64,000 nucleotides of DNA from Ruditapes philippinarum (taxonomy: Eukaryota): the NCBI RefSeq assembly GCF_026571515.1, contig NW_026865317.1, positions 1-64,000 of the forward strand, given 5' to 3'. The translations under genes and the position numbers were made by a program. Positions 1 to 11,100 of the stretch are shown in pieces. Position 1 is the stretch's first letter. Each line of letters starts with the position of its first letter. The notes beneath the pieces were generated by a model, which was given only the letters and a program-made list of their open reading frames with translations, was not told the origin of the DNA and ran no database searches.

Positions 1-396
1 CACAGACACAAATTATCATCACTTTTTTAAATTTTTATATCACAAAAAACCCTTTTCTATAAGATGTGCTTGCAATAAAGTAAAATGCATTTTCCATTGA
101 ATTAATAACATAATAAGTGCATTTATTCACTTAAGTCTTAATAATTTATTCATTGTCTTATTCAGGGTCCAAGTAATAATAAACATGACTAGACTCAGAG
201 TCCTTACCATACTTACAACATCACAAGCCAGAATTTTGTTCATAGGACATGCTAGCCCCATCATTTATACACTGTTTCGCCAGTCTACAGAGGGACAGCA
301 GGATGAATGGACAAGGGTAAATCTAAATCTATATGCCCCCTTATAAATAATAGGAATATAACAATTATTATCATCATTTAACAAATAGTAAAAAAC

Positions 397-3300
397 CTTC
401 TTCTTTTTTCGGACAATCACTGTTTTCTGTTTCCACATCATCACTTCTTGTGTCATCTGTTGTTATATTTGGTTCCTCTGAAAGATTGGTACCAGCAATG
501 CTTGAAGCGGGAAGCTGGGAACCAGAATCTTGTGACATCACACTTGGTGATGAAGCTGGTTCTAGGCTCTCTGTTGGAGATGGCAGAGGTTCTTCTACTG
601 TGGGTTGCTAAAAAAAAATTGGTTTTTTAATCTTTAGTTTCTATTTCTATTTTTAGCTCTGGCAACCATCATATTCAGACTGGAACCATTTCAGCAACGT
701 TTGTAAAGGAGAGTACAAAGATCATTCCTGTATACATGAAGTTTCATAACTATTACTTAAGAGATTTAGAAAGAGAGATGCTGTTTAAGTAAAATTGTTA
801 ACTAAACATGACAGGCAACTGATGTGGGACACAAAGTGATCACAAAAGTTCACTTTGAACATGATGTGCTGCAGTAATCTAAAAATATCTGATAAAAATT
901 AAACCATATAAATTACACTTCAATCTAAGAAAAAAAATATGATTATAACATTAATATTTTATGTTTTCAAGGAAAAGAGAAAAATATAAACAATTAATTT
1001 CAATGTTAAACATACATCCAGACTTTCAAGATTTGACCATGTGACTGACTTCTTTTTCTTCATATGTAGACTCATTTTACGTTTTTTAACTTTAACACGG
1101 CTGTCTTCACGAAATATTTCACCATACAACTGCCATGTCCAATTTCTACCATCTACAAACAACAAAATGAAAGATTTCAATATAAACTATCACAACTTTA
1201 TCATGGTTAAATATAGTACATGTAATTCTACTGTCATACTTCTTTAGCTTCAAATTGAGAACATTTACTTTTGTATCATTGTCAGGGGCAGCAAAATCAA
1301 TTGTCCATATTGCCCAGGTTGTCCAACAACCTGTGTGGACAAGCCAATTTTTCTCGGAAATTCTCTTTATAAATATCATATGGACAATTAAAAAAATTAT
1401 GCTTCACATAAAATGGGCAAGTACTGTAAGTCAAGTTCAGATTTTTGTCAGCCCTGATTGTGACCAAAGTTTATTTGAACCTCTCTTCTCTTATCATTTT
1501 AAGGAATTGTAACAAAGCTAAGGAAATCAGGAAAAAGTGCTTCAAAAATTGTCTTAATTGGGTATTTTAGAAAATAAAATGCTATAAATGGAATGTAGTA
1601 AGTGTACATGTCCAACTTTGCTTACCTGGAAGTTTCACTGTCACATCACTATCTGCAAATGTAACATCACTGTCTCTTAAAAGTTCATTTGTTATGTTTT
1701 CTATCTTCAATACCATAATAACACTATCTTCTGTCTGAGACCAATCATATTTTGGAGCTAAAAATATAATAAACAACAATGATATCATAATACATATTTG
1801 AGCCGCGCCATGACAAAACTGACTTAATGCTTTTGCAACCAGCATGGATCCAGACCAGCCTGCGCATACGTGCAGTCTTATCAGGATCCATGCTGTTCGC
1901 TTACAAACCCTATAACATGTAGAGAAACTGATAGCGAACAGCATGGATCCTGACCAGACTGCGCGAATGTGCAGGCTGGTCTGAATCCATGCTGGTCGCA
2001 AACGCATTATGTTGGTTTTGTCATGGCGAGGCTCATATTTTTTAACTAGAAATGTGTACATATGACACTGATGTCCCTATTTCATCTGTCGTTCACACTG
2101 CTGTATTTACATACCAAAACATTATTTACATATAGTTAGACAAGAATTTACATCAATTATCACTATGATCATGACCTCTGACCTCCAAATCAGACAAGGA
2201 TTTTGCATTGCAACTAATACCTTGACCTTTGACCTAATATATCAAAATATGTATCAAAATCAATAGTCTGAATAGGGCTCATTTAGTGGCTATAAGTGCA
2301 ATGTCCTTACTCAGTTAATACAAATCCTTACTTGGTCTCAAGTTATTGATAGAACAAAGATTTTACAGTGTCACTGTGACCTTGACCTTACAATCTCAAA
2401 ATACAGTGTACCTAACCTGTTACAGTACAAATATGACCCTAAAGACATGTGTTAAAATTTAAAATAAATACTGGGGCTACCCGCTTACATGTATACCTAT
2501 TACAGGGTGAATACAGTAGATACAGTGTTACAGAGGTAAATCTTTCAGAAAATAATCAAGAAGCCAATGCCATGATTTTTTCCATGACAAATTAATGTCC
2601 ATCAACATTGAGGTTTGAACAAAAAACAGAACTACAAAGTATGGAATTATATCTTTAACTAGAAATGTGTCAATAGGACACGGGTGCCCCAACACTACAC
2701 TGTTTTGTCAATCTAATGACTCTAAGTCAAATATTATTTGGACTACATGTGCCTCAAGTTGAAAACTTAGAATCTTAAAGGGCAAGAATGTAATGGGCAA
2801 GGACTTTTTAAATACTGAATAAATTCACAAGCAAACCCTAAGGTGCATAAGTACACATGCTGACCAACATTCTTGTAAACTTTCAGGCCTACAGGTAAAA
2901 TACTTTTTGAGCTATGCTTGAACAAATTGAAAATTTAAAATTTTTACTAAGTCAAGGGCAATAACTCTGACAAAACAGAATAAATCAACAAGCGAAACCC
3001 CAGGTGCACAACTTCACATGCTGAGCATCATTCCTGTAAAGTTTCATGACTCTAGGTCAAATACATTTTGAGCTACATGCGACACAAGTTGAAAATTGCA
3101 AATTTTTACTAAGTCAAGAGCAATAACTCTAAAAATACATGTTCTAAATACTGTAAAATAACATGTCTCACCCTAGTTTCCCAGCCCCTGTTTTTTAACA
3201 TTTGTAAATATTCTTTTATCCACTTTTAAACAACTCTTTTTAACTTCCTTGCACTTTTTGATGCGCAGACAAGTCTACGTTGCCGCGAGGGATTTGACAT

Positions 3301-4919
3301 TAACAGAAGAATTAGATAGATAGGTAATGGTAGAGACCTAAAGGGAGACTTTTTTTTTGCTTTCAGTTGGGTTTCATGTTGCACCAACACAGTATAGGTC
3401 ATATGGTGGCTTTCAGTTTTACTGGTGGAGGAATACCTGTGGAGGAATACCTCAGGTATTAACCCTTTGTGCATTATTTCAGGTACAAACGGGCACCTGA
3501 GTGGAACCACCAACACTCCGTAAGCTAGCTAGATAGCTTTCTCACATGAAAGGATTCGAAGATGCTGGTGCAAACTGAACCCACAGTGGTGAGAGGCAAG
3601 TTTTTTGAAATCAATAACAACTTTAACCACTCAGCCAAAAATGGAGAGGTGATTTAGCGGTTAAGGTGTCTGTCTCTCACCCAGGGATCATGGGTTCGAG
3701 CCCTAATCAGGTCATGACCATGTTTCTTCATATAACACCAGTACTAGTTGGTTCCAGGAAGTGGCCTAGAAAGTGATTAATATAAGTTGCAAGGACTTAT
3801 TTCGCAATCGAGCTTAAATAAAATATGTTTAAACCAACCACTCAGCCATGAACACCCCTCTAGACTGTTTAATTTAGTCTCAATATTTCGACCGCAAGAC
3901 TTTACAAACTGATATTATACAGACATCGGAAGGGCGACCATTGTCTATATAATAAAAAGCCCTTAAGCGCACAATTTGTTGGGCTAGTTCTAATGTATAC
4001 AGAAGTATTACTGTATATTTCATTTAGTATCACACAAGCACATCCTCTGAAAATGTAAGTCTAAGCATTTAAATAAAATTGAAATATATATTTTCCTGGT
4101 CAAAAAAGAGGTTGCAGATCTTCAGTTATCTTATAAGTTATATAGTACTCCCCGCGGGTACTGCGTCCTTGCCCATTCCGGTGCAATCAGAAAATGTGTT
4201 TCTTTACACACTGAACATGGCCAATCAAATGTTTCCACCATTAATGTGAAAGTGGAAGTACTGCTTTTTTGAATTTGGATAAAAATTGTTAGAAATATTT
4301 TCATTTTAAATAAAATTCTGTCATTGATAGGAAAATCCAAAACTACCCGAGTGTGTTGAAATTTCTTTTTTATTTTAACCCACAGTTACCAGTTAAACTG
4401 ATAATTTCATGTTCTGACAAGTGAAGGTTGTCTGCTGAAACTGCAGTGACGTCATATTTTATTGAAAAGATTCTACTGAAGCCAAAAAGGGCCATCAATT
4501 TACATACCACGGTACCATAGTGCTCTCCGTTTAAGCTGCCATTCAAAACATGGCTGTTTCTAATATAAATCATTGAGTTATTCTATGAATGACAGGTGTA
4601 TGTTAAACGCAAGATGCGACAGTTAAACACAATTTATTAAAATAGTAAATACAACTTCTTTTTATGTGTACAATTTGCTGGAAATAATAAGAACAGTGGT
4701 ACCATAGGGGACCATCCTAATTCCTATGGATCTGCTGTTATTATTTCTGAATTACATTAACATTACAAGTAGTGACATTTTAGCAGAATTAAAGAAACCT
4801 TGTTGATTCTCCCTACTGTTGTTCAATTCTTTCTTTCTTTTAGATTGTTGAGCTGGATCGTCCTTTTTAAAATCCATGTCGACAGGATTTTCTGTGATGG
4901 ATCCTGGCAGTGAAGGCAT
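397..4919 (-). CDS. USP19: Ubiquitin carboxyl-terminal hydrolase 19-like, 5' part (first CS domain); gene continues beyond left edge
   Basis: Phase-consistent GT-AG exons 4919-4799, 1757-1626, 1152-1016, 607-397 give ...QQAPKYDWSQTEDSVIMVLKIEN...DVTFADSDVTVKLP/DGRNWTWQLYGEIFREDSRVKVKKRKMSLHMKKKKSVTWSNLE, a CS (p23-like) domain resembling USP19 CS1 as recalled, then a Ser/Glu-rich linker. Catalytic domain is not in the window; start codon uncertain. Confidence 0.75.
1799..2035. mobile_element. Palindromic MITE family A, copy 1 (about 240 bp, about 100-bp TIRs)
   Basis: TGAGCCGCG..CAGCATGGATCCAGACCAGCCTGCGCA.. mirrored at the other end; six copies in the window. Confidence 0.88.
2657..3135 (-). 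mobile_element. Helentron-type non-autonomous element (HINE-like), 3' part; same family as 26152-27137
   Basis: Reverse complement of the 161-bp units and of the 3' hairpin end (GGGGCACCCGTGTCCTAT.GACACATTTCTA) seen at 26.4-27.1 kb. Confidence 0.8.
3360..3860 (-). mobile_element. tRNA-derived conserved-core SINE, family S1 (interrupted by a second SINE)
   Basis: Minus strand: A-box TGGCTGAGTGG, degenerate B-box and core GGTGGTTC.ACTCAGGTGCCCG..CCTGAAATAATGCAC shared with copies at 7.2 kb and 61.6 kb. Confidence 0.75.
3638..3835 (+). mobile_element. tRNA-derived SINE, family S2 (V-core-like), with 13-bp TSD
   Basis: A-box TAGCGGTTAAGG, B-box GGTTCGAGCCC, core CACCAGTACT.GTTGGTTCCAGGAA; flanked by AACCACTCAGCCA at 3625-3637 and 3836-3848. 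Confidence 0.78.
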
Positions 4920-5189
4920 TTTTTCGTCACTTGGCAACAGGTCTTGTGCTGAAGGCACACTTTCTGTGTGCCTCCTCTTACGAACTCTTTGCTCTATCTT
5001 TAAAACTTACAATTGTTTTAGTTTTTTGTTTCAAACTTTGAGATTGAGATCTATTTTCTTGATTTTTTTTTCTCATTGATTCATCAAGAATCAAGGTTGA
5101 CAGTGTCAATATGAACCAATCAAAACTCTCGTTACAAAATATACACCAATCAATATCGATTTTACATTTAGCCTCATTTCCATTTCAAC
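4920..5189. promoter_or_regulatory. Putative bidirectional promoter/5' UTR interval between USP19 and CBLL1
   Basis: Divergent ATGs at 4919(-) and 5190(+), 270 bp apart. Confidence 0.6.
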
Positions 5190-8100
5190 ATGGATGCCAG
5201 TGCAGGTGCGGTGAATTATTATCTTGTTATTTTTATGTTACTGTAATCCCCTGTTTCGTAATAGCTCCAAATTATCACTGTATATTGTTAAATAATATGT
5301 TAACTCATTGTTTAACACAGTATGATCAAAGCAATCAAGATAGAAACACTAGTCACACCCTTAAATGATTTCGTCATATATTTTCGCGATCATGTGTAAA
5401 CAGAAAGTACGTTAAAAAAGAAAGAGTACTAAAACTCCCAAGGTTTTCAATATAGTAAGGAGTACCTATCATATTGACGATAGCTGCAGAATATTATAAA
5501 CCGTTTTTTGTTGTAAATATGTACCTTACAATGTCGAACAGACGTTTTAGTGAATTGAATCCGGGTCAGCTCGGCCCTAAAACATACTCGGCCCCCGAGT
5601 CAGCTCGGCCCTATTCAAACTCGGCACTGGTCAACTCGGCCCACTTTTTAAAAATGGGTAAAGGTTATCAAAGGACTCCTATTGTCACGGGCTATTATTA
5701 TCAATCAATGTGTATGTTAAAGATACCGATTAATTAGGTGATAATTATGATTGACTCATTCATTTGATTAGAAGCTTATGCTATTAAGTAAACACGTTTT
5801 TGTTTCATATTTTTTTGAAAATTACTTTACAAACGAAATGCATCTAAGGAAACATACTTTTATTATATCTTTATTCACAGGCACAAGTATCGGACCTGGG
5901 AATAAAAAATATGAAGTATTTTTATCAATCTGTTCATATTTTTTCTTCCCAGGTTCGATAATTATGCCTGTGTCTATATTAATTTTATCGAATCTGCAAG
6001 ACAAATAAATAACTTTTTTTTCTAAATATACTTTATTTCTTATTATTCATTTACCTTAACAACATGCAAAGCAAAGTAATACGTTTAGGCCTATATATTT
6101 TTGTAAAGTGGGCCGAGTTGACCCGTGGCGAGTTGACCCGTGCCGAGTTGGTATAGGGCCAAGTTGACTCTTTTCCAGTGAATTACAGCTTGTAAATATG
6201 ATGCTTTTATATATTTACCTTGCGTGCATGATTAAATCAAACTGCTCAGAAAGCACTGACATCGTTGACCAACTAATAAGCTTAGTAACTAATTTCGATG
6301 TTTGAGGTCTGTCCACAGGGGAACAAGGACACTTCACACACCCCCCCCCCCCCCCCCCCCCCCGGACAGACTTCACGATAAACAACGCACATGACCATCA
6401 TATTTTCACATGGTATGACAACTTTTAAGCTAAAACTGGTCTGACTGACAGGTTTTTCAGGGGAAAGGGAGACTAATACTGACAAATTTTCCTCGGTTGT
6501 TGCTAGCGAGTTTACTTTTCCTTAAACATTGTGTTATGTTAAAATTATTTTCATTGGCTTATATCTTGAAATAAACCAATGGCTGATAACCATACAATAG
6601 ATGTTTACAGCACAGTCAACGTGGCTTGCTTGAAGTATAACGAAGGCGCACTACAGTGGTAAAAAGAAAATAAACGCTATCAGAAAGAAGCAAAAAGGAA
6701 AAAACAAGTGTAAAATACTAAAAACCAGGCCAGATAGAAAATTAAACTACAAATGAAAGAAATATGAGAATGGCTTATTTTATGACAATGTATAAAACGA
6801 GATGCACTGTTCCTCCTGGGCAGTGGCAGTAAAAGTGTTGAAAAGCACGAAATATTTAGAAATAATACTATTACTGGATGTTCATATTTTTGCATAACAA
6901 CTGTCAAAGGTCATGAAATATCTAGTATTCACAAAAAAGGATACAAATCTGTGCAAGACAGGGTTCAAGGGTTTGTCAGACCGAATGTTTTACACTTTTT
7001 TCAAACTTTCAGGAAGTCTGCCCCTACAATGATTGAAATCATGAATTTAATATTTGTTTTACCCAACCTATGATAAAAAACTACACAAACACTAAATTGA
7101 AGTGGCTCATGAGCAAATGTAAAGAAGACCAATTTACTTTATATGAATGCAAGTTTCAACTGCAGCCAAATCATGTTAAGTGGTTAAGGTTGGTTACTTC
7201 AAACCACTTGCCCCTCACTGTTGTGAGTTTGAATCCTGCCAGAGACTAGATTCTTTTATTTGATGAAGCTATCTTACTAGCATGCAGAATATTTGTGGTT
7301 CTACTCAGGTGCCTGTTTGTGCCTGAAATAATGCAGATCCAAGGGGCACCTGAGGTCTTCTACAGTTAAATTCATTAGTCACCATATGACCTTTACATAA
7401 TTTTGGTGCGACTTAATACCCAACTAAAAAACCCACAAAACTATCCCATTCTAGAATTTTATGTAAAATTATCTTCTGTCTGATTCTTATTCAGTTCCAT
7501 ATAGTTCAAAATAATTTTAAATGGTCTAAAATTAACTTTGATTAATGTGTAGTTTTTGTTTCCCTCTACTGCAGACATTGAACTTGAATCTGAAAACTCC
7601 CACTCATCTAGTCCAAGACCAGCAAGAAAGAATATCACACTCAAGTTAAAGACAGAGAAATCGGCGTCATCATCAGGCCGAGGTCGACCAAGAAAGTCAT
7701 CAAAAGCAGTGAAGAAAGAAGATAGTGATCATCAGTCAGCTGCAGGTACTCTGGAAAAAAAGTGATTAAACAAAAATGTTTATTCATTAGCACAACTATT
7801 TAAGTTAGTACTCATCCATACTGTCATTCTTTGGTTAAGTTTTTGCTTGCAAGTTGGTATCACCAAAACTACTGAAGTGGATGGGTTAAAAGTTCACACA
7901 CTTATTAAAGAGCATAATAGGAGGTCACTGTCAAAGGTCAATCAGAATTATGGCCCTTTTGAACTTAGAAAATTTTACATTATCCAGGCTCTTATTTGAC
8001 TATCAAGTACTGAGAATAGTGAAGCACGATGTCCTACCGACAGCTCTTGTTTTAGCAATTAAAGTTCAATGTTTCTTCTTTTTTGCATTTTTAGCTCACC

Positions 8101-11100
8101 TGAGCATGCTCAGGGTGAGCTTTTAGGATCGATGATTGTCCGTCGGCCGTCATCCGTTCACATTTAGTTGTTAACACTCCAGCGGTCGCATTTTTGCCTC
8201 AATCATCATCAAACTTGGTCAGGATGCTTATCTAGTTGATAGCTCGGATGAGTTCTCGGATGAAAAACTAGGTCACAAGAGCTAAAAATAGAAAAACCTT
8301 GTTAACACTCTAGAGGTCACATTTTTGCCTCAATCATCATCAAACTTGGTCAGGATGCTTGTCTAGATGATAGCTTGGATGAGTTCGAACATGGGTCATC
8401 TCGGATGAAAAATAGGTCACCAGAGCTAAAAATAGAAAAACCTTGTTAACACTAGCAGTCACATTTTTGCCTTAATCATCATCAAACTTAGTCAGGATGC
8501 TTGTCTAGGTGATAGCTCGGATGAGTTCGAACATGGGTCATCTCGGATGAAAAACTAGGTCACAGGAGCTAAAAATAGAAAAACTTTGTTAACACTCTAG
8601 CGGTCACATTTTTGCCTCAATCATCATCAAACTTGGCCAGGATGCTTGTCTAGGTAATAGCTTGGATGAGATCGAACATGGGTCATCCTGGATGAAAAAC
8701 TAGGTCACCGGAGCTAAAAATAGAAAAACCTTATTAACACTCTAGTGGTCACATTTTTGCCTCAAACATCATCAAACTTGGTCAGGATGCTTGTCTAGGT
8801 GATAGCTCGGATGAGTTCAAACATGGGTCATCTCGGATGAAAAACTAGGTCACCAGAGCTAAAAAAAGAAAAACCTTGTTAACCCTCTAGCGGTCACATT
8901 TTTTCCTTAAATCATCATCAAACTTGGTCAGGATGCTTGTCTAGGTGATAGCTTGGACGAGTTCGAACATGGGTCATCCTGGATGAAAAACTAGGTCACC
9001 AAAGCTAAAAATAGAAAAACCTTGTCAACACTCAAGCGGTCACATTTTTACCCCAAGTATCATCAAACTTTGTCAGGATGCTTGTCTAGATGATAGCTCG
9101 GATGTTTTCGAACATGGGTCATCTCGGATGAAAACTAGGTCACCGAAGCTCAAAATAGAAAAACCTTGTTAACACTCTAGCGGTCACAATTTTGACTCAA
9201 TTGTCATCAAACTTGGTCAGAAAACTTGTCTAGGTAATTGCTGAGATGAGTTCGAACATGGGTCATCTCGGATGAAAAACTAGGTCATAGGAGCTAAAAA
9301 TAGAAAAATCTTGTTAACACTCTAGTGGCTACTGTTTTGATCCAATTATCCTGTAAATTGGTCTGAAAGTTTGTTTTGATGATTTTTAAGTCAAGTTTGA
9401 ATATGGGTCATCTCGGATGAAAAACTAGGTCACACCGCCCAAATATGGAAAAACCTTGTTAACACTCTAGCGGTCACATTTTTGACTCAATTATCATCAA
9501 ACTTGGTCAGGATGCTTGTCTAGGTAATTGCTCGGATGAGTTCGAAATCGCATGTGAAACTAGGTCACCGGAGCTAAAAATAGAAAAACCTTGTCAACAC
9601 TCTAGTTGCTACTGTTTTGAGCCAAGTATCCTGGAAATTGGTCTGAAAGTTTGTTTTGATGATTTCTAGGTCAAGTTTGAATATGGGTCACCTGGGTAAA
9701 AAACTAGGTCACACTGCTCAAATATGGATAATCCTTGTTAACACTGTAAGTGGTCACATTTTTGACTCACCTGTCATGAAACTTGGTCAGAATGCTTGTC
9801 TAGGTAATTGTTCGGATGAGTTTGATGGGTCAGGTGAGCGATCTAGGGCCATCATGGCCTCTTGTTTTTCTTTTGTTATTATTCGGTAACATATGGTCTT
9901 TAATTTACCTAATGCTAAGCCTGTAAGTTTAAATGACATAAGACTGAAACTTAGAAAAAGAAAATAATGACAATCAATTTTTAGAATTTTTGGTAAAATG
10001 TCAAATTTGTATTATACTTTTATAGTTTACAAAACATGTATAAAATAGAGTTCTCTGTGTCTCTAGTATGACCGATTTCATGTTTGAATTTTTTCAGAGG
10101 ATGAGGTGTTAGATACACCAATATTTAAGACCATGGAACCCGGTGAACCTCTTCACCACAATAAGAAGTTAAGATGGGACCACAAGGTAATGCAGAAACT
10201 CAGATTAATATAAGAAAATATCAACACTATTTATATTTATTTGGCATTAATCCTATTAAATCACAGAATTTTACACAGAATATTGAATTGAACACTGAAG
10301 CTTAAATGATGATAGTGTACACAGAAAATGTTCATCATTTACATGTGTCTTTTTTTTATGCCCCAACTACTTAGGGTGTTATACTTTGCCCTTGTGTGTT
10401 GGTCCATTACACTGTCCATAGTGTGGGACACACTCCATTTTGAATTTTTATAATTTCTAGACTTATAATTGATTAGTCAAGCTTATCGATTTTTTTAAAA
10501 TGTGTATCGATTATTGATAAAAATATTGACAACACATCAATATTGTTACTATTGATGACAGCTCTATATGCATATCATTTCACCTGAAGAAAGATTGAAA
10601 CTTACAGAGAGTCAAATGTAGAATGAGTAGGCCAATGAATACAAAAGTAAAAAATAATAAAACAATAATGAAAGCTATTTTTTAAAATGGCTTCACCAAG
10701 TGAAAGCTATTTATGGTTTATGAGTTACGACAACAGTATACTCAGCGATTTTTTTCTCTGAATTGTGAATGGGTCTGGTACCATAAAAAAATTGTGAAAG
10801 AAAAGCAACGTTTCTTAAGAAATTGTGAACTTTTACTTAAGATTGTGAATATCTTTTTAAGCAGTAAGAAGATATAATTTCTTTAATGTAGTATTTACTG
10901 TTACGAGACATTTTAAATGATATTTACAGAAATTACCAGACGCTTGTTTCGGTATTGTTTGTCCCTAGAAGTTTCGTTTTTAAACAGTACGAAAATTTAA
11001 AGGGTGATTGCACCGGAAAGCATGGTCGGCTAAACGCATTTTAAGATAAACAAAGCACAACAGGCAATATTTTAGCATCATTATGCGAAGAGAGGAAATA

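Noticed and set aside
200-345. Next USP19 exon
   Set aside because: Minus strand reads GGGGCATATAGATT..TACCCTTGTCC, the head of a HINE-like repeat, with stops in frame.
3645-3710. tRNA gene
   Set aside because: Only A/B boxes, no convincing cloverleaf; continues into a SINE core and has a TSD.
5153-5160. DRE-like TATCGATT (and GATCGATA near 25099) in the putative promoters
   Set aside because: Only 7/8 matches in AT-rich DNA.
6341-6363. G-quadruplex regulatory element at the poly-C run
   Set aside because: A homopolymer of uncertain true length with no other support for function.
8092-9864. Regularly spaced repeats as a CRISPR-like array
   Set aside because: Whole units are homologous, there are no unique spacers, the context is a eukaryotic intron and the termini are HINE-like.
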